Shown here in pieces: positions 9,252 through 19,317 of a DNA stretch of 57,485 bases. The stretch's first letter is position 1; every line of letters begins with the position of its first letter. This stretch comes from Bacteriovorax sp. UBA1852. Its GTDB lineage: Bacteria; Bdellovibrionota; Bacteriovoracia; Bacteriovoracales; Bacteriovoracaceae. The position numbers and the translations under genes are program-made. The stretch is from the NCBI GenBank assembly GCA_002338505.1, contig DDIK01000173.1, positions 1 through 57,485 on the forward strand, in the 5' to 3' direction. Below the pieces are notes generated by a model. The model worked only from the letters and a program-made list of their open reading frames with translations. It ran no database searches and was not told the origin of the DNA.

Positions 9252-10969
9252 ATCAATTCCTTATATTTTTTAAGTTCTTTGATTATTTCTTTTGAGCTTC
9301 CCATTTTCATCACCTGAGAAAGTAAGTTCTTACATGAATCAGTTGAAAGCTTAGATATTAATTTTCTTGTAGGTAGGACATGCATTGGACTCATGCTTAG
9401 TTCATCAAAGCCCATTGCAATAAAGAGTGGGACGAGTAACTCATCATGTGCCATTGATCCACACATCGCAAGTTTTACTTTATTCTCACTTGCCGCTTTT
9501 GAAACAATTTCAATTAGTCTTAAGAGCCCTGGATTAAAAGGATCATAGAGATGACTGATTTTCTCATTCATTCTATCAACGGCACATGTATACTGAGTCA
9601 GATCATTCGTTCCGATACTAAAGAAATCAACATGCTTTGCGAAGATATCACTTAAGAGCGCACTTGAAGGAATCTCAATCATCATTCCAATAGAAATATT
9701 ATCTCGAATTTTCTTACCCTCTGAAATTAATTCGTTCTGGGCTTCGCTCAAAACACTCTTTGCCTCAAGAAGTTCTTCTAAGTTTGATATCATTGGAAAC
9801 ATAATTCCAATTGGGCCGATCTCACTTGTTCTAAGAATAGCTCTAAGCTGAGACTTAAAAAGCTCTTTATTATCAAGACATATTCTAATCGCTCTATAAC
9901 CTAGAAATGGATTTTCTTCATGAGCGATATTAAGATATGGAAGCTTCTTATCTCCTCCAATATCTAGAGTACGAAATATACATTCTTTACCATTTAATCT
10001 CTGCACTATTTTTGAATAGACTTGGTACTGCTCTTCCTCTGTTGGAGTTTGCTCTCTGTCCATGAACAAAAACTCTGTCCGATAAAGTCCTACAGACTCA
10101 GCATCGTTTCTTTCAAATGAATCGAGATCTTGAAGCTGACCAATATTACCAGCGATTTCTATTTCTTTATTATCCGCTGTCAGAGATTTCATTCCAATGA
10201 ACTTTTCTAGCTCAACTTTATGCGAGTTCAACTGTTCTTTTCTTTGCTTGAATTGGTCGAGGATCTCCTTACTAGGATTGATATAAACCTTCCCCTCTTC
10301 GCCATCAAAAACAATAAGATCATCTTCTTTAACAATATCAGTTATATTAGATACACCTACAACAGCAGGGATTTCCATAGTTCTTGCCATAATAGCTGAA
10401 TGAGAAGTACGTCCACCAATATTGGTGAGAAAACCAAGAACAGAGTCCTTATTCATGGTCGCTGTCTCTGATGGAGTAAGATCATGGGCCACAAGAATAA
10501 TTTCTTCTTCTAATAAAGAAAGATCCATATTCTTCATACCTAGAAGGTGTCTTTTTACTCTATTAAAAACATCTTTAATATCTGAGGCCCTCTCCTTCAT
10601 ATATTCGTCATCCATCGCCTCAAATATATTTATGAAGTTCTGAGTTACCTGTTCAAGTGCCCATTCAGGAGAGACGCGATCAGCACTCATCATTGACTTT
10701 ACTTGAGAGAGAATCTCTGGATCTTCTAAAAGAAGAACGTGTGCATCGAATATCTGCGCTTTTTCTTCACCAAGTTTTTCAAGAGTTTTATTTCTTATAT
10801 CAAGTATCTCTTTCTTTGATTTTAGAATTGCTTCTTTAAGCCTTTCAACTTCGATGTCAAAGCTTGCAATTTCACGCTTCTCAATTTGAAGGTTGAGACT
10901 ATTGTCATAAAGAAAGGCTCTACCAATCGCAATTCCGGGTGAAGCGGAAATACCTTTATAAGTCATCAT
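9248..10969 (-). CDS. ptsI: PTS enzyme I
   Basis: GGRTSHSAI phospho-His, GLYRTEFLF, ENPFLGYRAIR, FSIGTNDL. Confidence 0.97.
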   Translation of the reverse strand: MMTYKGISASPGIAIGRAFLYDNSLNLQIEKREIASFDIEVERLKEAILKSKKEILDIRNKTLEKLGEEKAQIFDAHVLLLEDPEILSQVKSMMSADRVSPEWALEQVTQNFINIFEAMDDEYMKERASDIKDVFNRVKRHLLGMKNMDLSLLEEEIILVAHDLTPSETATMNKDSVLGFLTNIGGRTSHSAIMARTMEIPAVVGVSNITDIVKEDDLIVFDGEEGKVYINPSKEILDQFKQRKEQLNSHKVELEKFIGMKSLTADNKEIEIAGNIGQLQDLDSFERNDAESVGLYRTEFLFMDREQTPTEEEQYQVYSKIVQRLNGKECIFRTLDIGGDKKLPYLNIAHEENPFLGYRAIRICLDNKELFKSQLRAILRTSEIGPIGIMFPMISNLEELLEAKSVLSEAQNELISEGKKIRDNISIGMMIEIPSSALLSDIFAKHVDFFSIGTNDLTQYTCAVDRMNEKISHLYDPFNPGLLRLIEIVSKAASENKVKLAMCGSMAHDELLVPLFIAMGFDELSMSPMHVLPTRKLISKLSTDSCKNLLSQVMKMGSSKEIIKELKKYKELI

Positions 10970-10978
10970 CAGATCTCT

Positions 10979-11254
10979 CTAGTGAAGGTTAAATTTATTA
11001 TTTATAAGCGTAGATAAAGTATCGATCGCATTTTGAGCGTCATCACCTTCAGCCTTTAAAGTTATTTCAGAATCTTTCTTAAGGCCAAGTGCCATCAATC
11101 CCATGATCGACTTTGCATTAATTTCATTACCGTTAACAACAACATTGATATTAGATGAAAAAGCATTTGCTTCTTTAACTAAAATTGCTGCTGGTCTTGC
11201 GTGTAGGCCTTCTTCATTTTGAATTTTTAATGTCTTTTCCATTTTCTTCTCCAT
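10979..11254 (-). CDS. ptsH: Phosphocarrier protein HPr
   Basis: GLHARPA and AKSIMGLM motifs. Confidence 0.96.
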   Translation of the reverse strand: MEKKMEKTLKIQNEEGLHARPAAILVKEANAFSSNINVVVNGNEINAKSIMGLMALGLKKDSEITLKAEGDDAQNAIDTLSTLINNKFNLH

Positions 11255-11260
11255 ATCTAT

Positions 11261-13162
11261 CTATTGCATTGTCACAGTCATTAAGTCTTGGTTTTGATTG
11301 ATTTGTCCACTCGCCAAGACCTCTACACTTGCCACATCATGCATATTTGTAATAACAAAAGGAGTGATATCACTCTTTGCTTTTTCTTTAATAAGATTGA
11401 GATCAAATTCAATTAACTTCTCTCCGGCTTTTACTGAATCACCAACTTTAATAAACGCCTTAAAACCTTCCCCCTGCATCTTCACGGTATCAATACCAAC
11501 ATGAAGAAGGACCTCAGAGCCAGTCTTAGTCTTTATACCAATGGCATGGTTTGTATGAAAGAGTTGTGCGACCTCTCCATCAACTGGAGAATAAAGAACT
11601 CCCTCAGTAGGTCTAATCGCAACACCATCGCCTAAGAGCTTATCTGCAAAAGTTGCATCGGGAACATCAGATATATTTATGACCTCACCAATAAGTGGTG
11701 ATTTCATTGTTAAAGCTTTGATATTTTCTTTCATTGCTATCTTTATTTCTTCTTTCAAACTGTCAGACTCAGGACCGAAGATAACTTGCATATTGTGTCC
11801 ACTGACCATCACACCCGAAGATCCCATAGACTTTAAAGCTTCACGATCAACGATATCAACATTATTAAGTTCTAATCGCAGACGAGTAATACATGCATCA
11901 AGGTGAGTGATGTTTTCTTTTCCACCAAGTGCAACAAGTACTGCTCGTGCTTTATCAGTCGAGCTACTAAAGCTTTGAGACTCTGTGCTTTCAACTTCAC
12001 GTCCAGGAGTTTTAAAATCAAATAGCTTTATTAACCAATAGAAGGTGGTGAAATAAAGTAGACCAATAATTGGACCAACAATGAGCCAAAGATACATACT
12101 ATTTTTTTGATTAAAATAACCTACACCAAAGTCGATTAAAGAAGCCGAAAATGTATAACCAAGGTGAATATCAAATGCATTTGTCAGTAGTCCTGCGCAA
12201 AAAGCTCCCATCACATGAAAGACATATAATAAAGGTGCCACGAAAATAAATGCAAACTCAATCGGTTCTGTAATCCCTGTAATGATTGAAGTTAATGCTG
12301 CCGTAAGCATTACTCCACCAATGGCCGCACGCTTTTCTTTTGGTGCTCTTAGGTACATAGCAATACAAGCTGCAGGTAGACCAAAGAGCATAATTGGAAA
12401 CTCTGCCGCCATAAAACGACCGGCACTTGAGTCACCAGCGAAATAACGAGCAGACTCACCATTAATAACCTTACCACTTTCTGTTATAAACTCTCCGAAC
12501 TCGTAAAGAAATGGTGGATAGTAAACATGGTGAAGTCCTACTGGAATCAACAGTCTCTTTCCGGCAGCATAGAAGGCAGGCCCTAATTCAGAGCTCATAA
12601 CACTTGTTCCAAAATTATTTATAGCCTCTTGAACAGGAGGCCAAACAAGACCTAGAATTATTCCTGCCAACACAGAAGTAGCCGCAGTCATAATTGGAAC
12701 GAGTCTTTTGCCAGCAAAGAATCCTAAAACAGGATGAAGCTTTGTTTTATAAAATTGTTTATAAAGTACAGCTGAGAGAAGACCTATGATGATCCCACCA
12801 AACACTCCTGTATTTATTGCGAGCTCAAGTTCTCGAACATCTGTCATTACAGCGAGAACATTTGATAAGGTAAAGTAACCAACGACAGAAGCAAGACCTG
12901 CGACTCCAGCGCCACCAGTAAACCCAATGGCCACACCAACAGCAAAAACAACGGGAAGCTGTTCGAAGATTGCAATACCTCCACTAAACATAAATTGGCC
13001 AAGAGTAGTAATTATAAAAGAACTCTCAGAATCTTTAAGAAGTCTGCCAAGAGCTACAAGCAAACCCGCTGCAGGCAAAACTGAAACAGGAGTCATCAAT
13101 GACTTTCCTATTTTTTGTAATAATGAAAAAACGCCACTACCGACACTCTTTGATGAACTCAT
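11261..13162 (-). CDS. ptsG: Glucose-family PTS EIICBA
   Basis: GITEPIEF (IIC), ACITRLR (IIB), LHVGIDTV (IIA). Substrate inferred from the linked glucoamylase. Confidence 0.9.
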   Translation of the reverse strand: MSSSKSVGSGVFSLLQKIGKSLMTPVSVLPAAGLLVALGRLLKDSESSFIITTLGQFMFSGGIAIFEQLPVVFAVGVAIGFTGGAGVAGLASVVGYFTLSNVLAVMTDVRELELAINTGVFGGIIIGLLSAVLYKQFYKTKLHPVLGFFAGKRLVPIMTAATSVLAGIILGLVWPPVQEAINNFGTSVMSSELGPAFYAAGKRLLIPVGLHHVYYPPFLYEFGEFITESGKVINGESARYFAGDSSAGRFMAAEFPIMLFGLPAACIAMYLRAPKEKRAAIGGVMLTAALTSIITGITEPIEFAFIFVAPLLYVFHVMGAFCAGLLTNAFDIHLGYTFSASLIDFGVGYFNQKNSMYLWLIVGPIIGLLYFTTFYWLIKLFDFKTPGREVESTESQSFSSSTDKARAVLVALGGKENITHLDACITRLRLELNNVDIVDREALKSMGSSGVMVSGHNMQVIFGPESDSLKEEIKIAMKENIKALTMKSPLIGEVINISDVPDATFADKLLGDGVAIRPTEGVLYSPVDGEVAQLFHTNHAIGIKTKTGSEVLLHVGIDTVKMQGEGFKAFIKVGDSVKAGEKLIEFDLNLIKEKAKSDITPFVITNMHDVASVEVLASGQINQNQDLMTVTMQ

Positions 13163-13388
13163 CTGAAAAGACTCCTGAGATTTATAATGTTTTGAAACTA
13201 TTATTTACTACCAAATGTTGATCAAAATGGTAAGAAAATAAACTTTTTTGATCTCTATAGAGACAATGATCACTTATTTTCAGACACCTACAGGACTACG
13301 CGTCGCATCCACCCAGAGAGTTCATGTAACAATACTTGAACTCCCAGCTCGGTTAAAGTAGTGTCCCGTCATATTATGGAGGCATACA

Positions 13389-14483
13389 ATGAAAACAAAA
13401 TTCACAACGCTATTCTTAGCTGTCTTATTATTTTCTTCTCACTCTTATGCAAATGAAGAAGGAGCATTTTTAAGTAGTCCCTTTAAGAATCATAATCACC
13501 CAATCAAAGATGATTTTTCTCAAAAAAGCTTATCAATCAGAAGTAACACTCTTTCTGTTATTAAAAACATGTCACAAGTAAAGAGCCAAGGCTCGAGAGG
13601 AACATGTTCAATTTTTTCTGCCGCTGCAATGGTTGAAGGCCTCCTTGCAATAGCTGGTTTTGCAAATAGCAGTATTGACCTATCTGAAGAGTGGCTTGAG
13701 TATCTTAATATAGCCTCAACAAGAAGCACGACAGATGGCTCATTCACTTCTAGAAACTTTCGTTTGATGAGATCAAATGGAATGGCCTTTGAAACAACGC
13801 TACCTTATGAATCAGAAAACTGGGAAAAAATGGATAACTCACTTGAGCTACAAAGATGCCAAGGACTGGTTTCTTCTGAAAAAACAATGTGTGAACTTGG
13901 ACACTTTAATCCAAATTTTTACAGAATGAGCGACAAGGCAATAAGCCAAAGCGCCGGTGGAGAGAGATTCCTTCAAGCAAAAGAGGAAGCACTCATAAAC
14001 AAAGAAAAGTTTCCAAAGTTCAAAGGCCAGTATTCTATTAATTCTGTTAGTGAAATTAAGTCTAGACTAGAACTTGGTGTCCCTGTTGTTCTTGATATTA
14101 CATTCTTCTACGGAGCTTGGAATCACAGAAAAGCAGATGAGCTTGGAATCGGAAGAGACCTTAATCTATGGGCCAATGGAGTTGTAAGCTATCCTGAGAG
14201 ACAATCTCTTGACTATAAACTCTCTATGGAAAATAGAGCTGGCCACTCAGTCCTACTCGTTGGTTTTGACAATGAAAAAGAAGTGAAGACAACAGTAAAG
14301 ATGAGAGATGGCAGTACAAAGACTTTTACTTATAAAGGTGTTTATTATTTCAAAAACTCTTGGGGAACAAATAGTTTCGGTTCTCAGACAATGATTGAAG
14401 GTGAGTCACACCAAGGTTATGGAGTTATCACTCAGAAATATGCACATGATTATGGATCATTTTATAAATTAGATATGTATTAA
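13389..14483 (+). CDS. Secreted C1 (papain-like) cysteine peptidase
   Basis: QGSRGTC, GHSV, KNSWG; signal peptide. Confidence 0.9.
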   Translation: MKTKFTTLFLAVLLFSSHSYANEEGAFLSSPFKNHNHPIKDDFSQKSLSIRSNTLSVIKNMSQVKSQGSRGTCSIFSAAAMVEGLLAIAGFANSSIDLSEEWLEYLNIASTRSTTDGSFTSRNFRLMRSNGMAFETTLPYESENWEKMDNSLELQRCQGLVSSEKTMCELGHFNPNFYRMSDKAISQSAGGERFLQAKEEALINKEKFPKFKGQYSINSVSEIKSRLELGVPVVLDITFFYGAWNHRKADELGIGRDLNLWANGVVSYPERQSLDYKLSMENRAGHSVLLVGFDNEKEVKTTVKMRDGSTKTFTYKGVYYFKNSWGTNSFGSQTMIEGESHQGYGVITQKYAHDYGSFYKLDMY

Positions 14484-14487
14484 AACT

Positions 14488-14511
14488 AAGGCTTCGAAAG
14501 AAGCCTTTTTT
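14488..14511 (+). terminator. Intrinsic terminator, probably bidirectional
   Basis: AAGGCTTC-GAAA-GAAGCCTT followed by a T run, between convergent genes. Confidence 0.8.
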
Positions 14512-15070
14512 ATGACTTCTTTAGAAACTCAACCTTGAGTACGATCATCTGACCACCAACTCGGCCCTCAATATATCCAGGATCATCAGTTAATCTTATT
14601 CCTGTGACCTTAGTACCTCTTTTCGCTGTAAAACCGCCACCTTTAACATCGAGATCCTTAATAAGTGTGACACTATCTCCAGCAAAGAGTTGACTACCGT
14701 TACTATCTAGAACTTTAAGTTTTGATGCAATTCCCCTCTTGGCCCAATTGAGAGTATCTTCTTCAAGATACATTTGTTCTTTAAGCTCATTTGCCCACGA
14801 CTCTGAACCAATCATATCAAGTATTCGATACGAGAGAACTTGTACTGCCTTATGCTCGCTCCACATACTTTCGTTTAGACAGCGCCAATGATTAAAGTTG
14901 TGCTCTTCACTCATGATATCACTATGACATGTTTTGCAAATCAAAGCATGATTTTCAACGCTTGCATCTTCAAGGCTTTCGGCGACTTCAAACTCCATCA
15001 GGTCATTAGTTGCTGCGCATAGTTCGCATTTATTACTTGAGCGTTTTTCAAGTGCAGTCAAAATACTCAT
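14510..15070 (-). CDS. PhnA/YjdM zinc-ribbon domain protein
   Basis: CELC and CKTC; DSNG..L..GDSVTLIKDLDVKG; start moved to ATG 15070. Confidence 0.88.
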   Translation of the reverse strand: MSILTALEKRSSNKCELCAATNDLMEFEVAESLEDASVENHALICKTCHSDIMSEEHNFNHWRCLNESMWSEHKAVQVLSYRILDMIGSESWANELKEQMYLEEDTLNWAKRGIASKLKVLDSNGSQLFAGDSVTLIKDLDVKGGGFTAKRGTKVTGIRLTDDPGYIEGRVGGQMIVLKVEFLKKS

Positions 15071-15246
15071 AAGATTTCCTAGGTTTTCTGTTATGTAATT
15101 AAAGAACATAATAGTTCTGATAATTCTATCAGTAAACCCGACAGTTTTCCTTCATGACATTTGTGGCACAAAGGTAAATTTTGCCTACGGTAAAAATTTG
15201 CCTATCCGATATGAGTTCTATCAAAGCATTTATGCATGGAGGGACA

Positions 15247-16068
15247 ATGAAGAGATCATGGTTTAGATCAAAGTCTATATTTTTAGTCAGTTTATTATCA
15301 ACTTTTGCTATCGCAAATGAATCTCTACCTAAGGGATATATACAAGAACTTAATGCGAGATATGACTCCCCCTCAGGTCTTGCATCTGCGAGTAAAGTAC
15401 AAATTGAAGATTTTGGTGATTACACGAATCCCAAGATGGAAGTCGAAAATTATAATGGACTCCTTGTTTTTCTATTTGAGGATAAACAATTTGAACTCGA
15501 TATTTCTATGCTAGGAATCACTGATGCTGAGCAAATTGATGTTGCTGATCTCAATTTTACAAATAATGATGTCGAAATTGATCTCTCGGTTGAGGGCGCT
15601 GACGCTTTTGATCCTACATTTAGAACGAACGTCAGGGATGCTAAGTTCAACTGCTTAAGAGAAAGTCAATATGAGGATATAAAAGATGATCTCTTAAGTG
15701 CCTGTCTTTCAAATTCAGACATTACACTTAATCAGGCATACTTTAAGTCCGAGACAAGTGAGTTCTACTCTGTTCTAAATAATGAAGAGATTCTAGGTGA
15801 TGCTTTTGATCTAGAAGATTTAGTTATTAGAATCAATGAAGGTGAGCTTAAGGCCCAGTTTAAGAGTAGTCTCTCTAAAGGCGTCAAAATAAAAATAGAA
15901 GCTGAAACAAGTTATGATATTCAAAACAAAAGAGTTGTCGTAAATCTCAAAAAAGCAAAAGCTAGCTTCTTTAATATTAAAGGTACTATCTTTAAAGAAC
16001 TTGAGTCGATGCAAGTAGAAGGACTAGAAGTTGATCGTCCTTATATTTATTTTTCTTTTGAAGAATAA
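15247..16068 (+). CDS. Secreted hypothetical protein
   Basis: GGAGG RBS before ATG 15247; signal peptide; acidic. Confidence 0.7.
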   Translation: MKRSWFRSKSIFLVSLLSTFAIANESLPKGYIQELNARYDSPSGLASASKVQIEDFGDYTNPKMEVENYNGLLVFLFEDKQFELDISMLGITDAEQIDVADLNFTNNDVEIDLSVEGADAFDPTFRTNVRDAKFNCLRESQYEDIKDDLLSACLSNSDITLNQAYFKSETSEFYSVLNNEEILGDAFDLEDLVIRINEGELKAQFKSSLSKGVKIKIEAETSYDIQNKRVVVNLKKAKASFFNIKGTIFKELESMQVEGLEVDRPYIYFSFEE

Positions 16069-17646
16069 TTACTCACCACTTTCACCATAGTTTGGGAGAA
16101 CTCTTGCTGATGGATCTAGTACATCACAGTTTTCCCACTCTTTATTTGGCATCCAATAATCTTTAATAAGCTCAGCCTTTCCTTTAAAATGCTTCTCAAA
16201 AATCTCGCGGTATAAGAGAGATTCTTTAGTAAAAGGCGTGGCATAACTATATTCTTCACATCTCTTTGAAAACTCCTCATCACTATACTGTTCTTGTGCA
16301 TATTCCTTTAACCAATCGACAAGGTCGTGACCTACAGCATCTGAGAAAGCAGCTTTTTCTCTAAAGAGAATTTCATCTGGTAAATAGTCTGAATGATCAA
16401 AGGCTTTTCTAAGAATATACTTTCCCTGCCCTGCCCAGTTCATCTTCTTTTGTGGATCTATGCTCATGACAAAGCTCACAAAGTCCTTGTCACTAAATGG
16501 AACGCGCGCTTCCAGAGAATGCGCACTAATCGATCGGTCTGCCCTTAGGACATCATAGAGATATAACTCTTCAACTCGTTTTTGTGCCTCTTCTTGAAAT
16601 TCTCTTGGTCCAGGAGCGTAGTCAGTATACTTATAGCCAAAGATCTCATCACTTACTTCACCCGTTAAAACTACTTTTACATCTGTTTTCTCTCTTATGT
16701 ATTTGCAAACAAGTGACATTCCCATGGCCGCGCGAATAGTTGTTATATCCCATGTTTCGAGATGAAAAATAAGATCACTAAGATGAGCAAGTGCTTCCTC
16801 TTTTGAGAAAATGACCTCATGGTGTTCGCTTCCAATATACTCAGCAACAATTCGTGCGTACTTTGTATCGATTGGATTTGTGTCAATTCCTACTGCAAAT
16901 GTTTTAATAGGTACTTTTGATTTCTTTGCAGCGATTGCGCAAACAAGAGATGAATCAAGCCCACCACTTAAAAGAAAACCAACGGGAGCATCTGAATCAA
17001 GCCTCTTTTCTACTCCCTTTACAAGATGATCATGAATACCTTGATAGACTTCCTCTAGAGCTCTATCTCTTTGTGGACTTATATCTCGATATGAGAAAAA
17101 TGGCTTGATACTTTTACCATCATAGAAATGTCCCGGAGGAAAAGGCTTAACATCCTCACAGAAGTCGATGAGTGACTTTGCTTCTGAAGCAAAACAGATC
17201 ATTCCTTTATCATGGCCATAGAACATTGGCCTAATTCCCATGGCATCTCTAGCTGCCATTAATTTTCCATCACTCTCTAATACAAATGCAAATTCTCCAT
17301 CAAGAGATTTTGAAAGCTTCTCTATTCCATACTCTTCAAAAAGAGGAAGAATAACTTCACAATCAGAGTCAGATACAAAATCATATCGAGAAATATAATC
17401 TGTTTTTAATTCACGATGATTATATATCTCACCATTACAAACGAGGGTTGTCTGTGCTTTTGAAATAAAAGGCTGACTTCCATTCTCACTAAGATCCATA
17501 ATGGCGAGACGATGAAAGCCAAAGACTTTACCACTTGGCGTCTCTATCATTGCGCTTTGATCGGGACCACGATAGCTGATAAGTTCTAAACTCTTTTTAA
17601 ATTTCTCTTTCTCAGTTATTGATTGCGTTACTAGAAATCCGCACAT
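16069..17646 (-). CDS. asnB: Glutamine-hydrolysing asparagine synthetase
   Basis: N-terminal MCG, HRLAIMD, NGEIYN, LLSGGLDSS, LEARVPF. Confidence 0.95.
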   Translation of the reverse strand: MCGFLVTQSITEKEKFKKSLELISYRGPDQSAMIETPSGKVFGFHRLAIMDLSENGSQPFISKAQTTLVCNGEIYNHRELKTDYISRYDFVSDSDCEVILPLFEEYGIEKLSKSLDGEFAFVLESDGKLMAARDAMGIRPMFYGHDKGMICFASEAKSLIDFCEDVKPFPPGHFYDGKSIKPFFSYRDISPQRDRALEEVYQGIHDHLVKGVEKRLDSDAPVGFLLSGGLDSSLVCAIAAKKSKVPIKTFAVGIDTNPIDTKYARIVAEYIGSEHHEVIFSKEEALAHLSDLIFHLETWDITTIRAAMGMSLVCKYIREKTDVKVVLTGEVSDEIFGYKYTDYAPGPREFQEEAQKRVEELYLYDVLRADRSISAHSLEARVPFSDKDFVSFVMSIDPQKKMNWAGQGKYILRKAFDHSDYLPDEILFREKAAFSDAVGHDLVDWLKEYAQEQYSDEEFSKRCEEYSYATPFTKESLLYREIFEKHFKGKAELIKDYWMPNKEWENCDVLDPSARVLPNYGESGE

Positions 17647-17794
17647 ATTCGCTCCTTAAACTCAAGAACAGCTCTTGAATTAATACCTAATATCGTTCTT
17701 TTATGTTTTTTTCTCAATACATAGGTATCGCAAAAGTAAATTAATTAACAAAAGATTAAAATTAGTGATAATATGATAGTTGAAAGGTGGTTTT

Positions 17795-18268
17795 GTGAGT
17801 TCAAAATATGAAATTGATAGGTTAGATATTAAAATAATCAACTATTTACGGGAGAACGCGAGATATCCCTTCACCGATCTAGCTAAGAAGTTAAGTGTTT
17901 CACCAGGTACAATTCATCAAAGATTTGAAAAATTAAGAGAAGCGGGAATTATCACCGGAAGCTCTATCAATATTGACTATAAGTCCTTGGGTCAAGCGGT
18001 CACTGTCTTACTAGGTCTTCACCTTCATAACGCCAAGGATGTAGATCTCGTTATTCAAAAACTAGAGAAAATTAAAGAGATTACGGAGGCTTACTACACT
18101 ACTGGAAACTATGCTCTCATTATCAAGGTGACAGTCGCTAATATTGACCACTTTCATGAATTTCTTCGCCATGAATTACAAAGTATTTCAGAAATCCGAT
18201 CAACAGAGTCTTTTATTAGCCTAAAGCAGGTGATCTCAAAAGACCTAGCGCTAAGCATAAGCTCATAG
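17795..18268 (+). CDS. asnC: Lrp/AsnC-family regulator
   Basis: Lrp-type HTH, EAYYTTGNY as in AsnC, divergent from asnB; GTG start after AAGGTGG. Confidence 0.85.
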   Translation: MSSKYEIDRLDIKIINYLRENARYPFTDLAKKLSVSPGTIHQRFEKLREAGIITGSSINIDYKSLGQAVTVLLGLHLHNAKDVDLVIQKLEKIKEITEAYYTTGNYALIIKVTVANIDHFHEFLRHELQSISEIRSTESFISLKQVISKDLALSISS

Positions 18269-18350
18269 GTCAGAATTATTTCGCAAATCGTCTTTTGTAA
18301 TTAGTCATATACTGCGACAATTTACTTATAAACATTTTATTGGAGAGAAC

Positions 18351-19277
18351 ATGAAGTTTTTCATTGGTATTATTTTTTTAACAAGTGCACTTGCTGGTCA
18401 TTTTGATTTTATTTGTGAAAACTCACTTAGATATGAAAATGGAAATGCCAAATCTGATAAAATTGAATTTTTCGAAGGTACTCAAAATACTTACGCTCTT
18501 GGAAAAAGATATCAGGTAGGAAATTTCTTAGATATCACTAATAAGAATCATGATTTACTTCATACAGTACAGACTGACTTTCTTCCACTTGATCTCAAAG
18601 AAAATGCTGAAAAAATTTATATTCTCTTTGCAAATGAAATTCAAGTTAGAGATGTGTATACATTTAATCTTCTAAAGAGCTTTAAAACGACATTAAACCC
18701 TATTCAAAACAAGAATGAAGCGGCTTTTGAAATCAGTATTGCTGACGATGTCATTTACGTTGCTCACGGAACAAATCATCTTATGATACTCAATAAAGAA
18801 ACTGGAAAGATTATTAAGAGTAAGAAGTTTGATATTCAAAAGAAGTCTAATCATAGATCAACTCTCACAGGACTTGAGATCTACAAAGATAAAATCTATA
18901 TGATGTTTGATAATATCACTTATGATTTTGGAGATAAGACTAGAGCATTCGAGGGAATGGTTATTGCTGATATGAATACTTTAGAAATCGAGAAGACAAT
19001 CTGGCTTAATCAAAAAAGAGAAGCTCTTCATGAGCCTGCTCTTGAAAGAGACGGTGACGTACTCTATTCTCAAAATCTCAATATTCTCTTCAACTATAAT
19101 TTAGATAAGATTGATAGGTTAAGAACTCTCAATCCAAATAGAAGACTTTATAACTTTGATAATCGCTTTCTTGTTAGTAAGCCTCTTGTGAAAAATAAGA
19201 CTATAACAGGCTGCTTTAGAGAAGGTTACTCAAGAGGTGATGAGCCTAAGGCCATTTTCTCTAGCTATAAGTACTAA
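18351..19277 (+). CDS. Secreted hypothetical protein, possible beta-propeller
   Basis: 308 aa, signal peptide, repeated beta-strand blocks. Confidence 0.6.
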   Translation: MKFFIGIIFLTSALAGHFDFICENSLRYENGNAKSDKIEFFEGTQNTYALGKRYQVGNFLDITNKNHDLLHTVQTDFLPLDLKENAEKIYILFANEIQVRDVYTFNLLKSFKTTLNPIQNKNEAAFEISIADDVIYVAHGTNHLMILNKETGKIIKSKKFDIQKKSNHRSTLTGLEIYKDKIYMMFDNITYDFGDKTRAFEGMVIADMNTLEIEKTIWLNQKREALHEPALERDGDVLYSQNLNILFNYNLDKIDRLRTLNPNRRLYNFDNRFLVSKPLVKNKTITGCFREGYSRGDEPKAIFSSYKY

Positions 19278-19284
19278 ATAACTC

Positions 19285-19311
19285 TAAAATACGTTTAAAA
19301 TACGACGATAA
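19285..19311 (+). promoter_or_regulatory. Sigma28 (FliA)-like promoter
   Basis: TAAA-N15-GACGATAA, 6 nt before ATG 19318. Confidence 0.55.
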
Positions 19312-19317
19312 GTAGTC

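Noticed and set aside
13252-13263. TCTCTATAGAGA palindrome upstream of ptsG as an operator
   Set aside because: Single occurrence, no adjacent regulator, and plausible by chance in AT-rich DNA.
14488-14511. Terminator as another copy of the island junction repeat
   Set aside because: Different stem (GGCTTC-GAAA-GAAGCC), no TTAATT core and no TATTTCTA tail.
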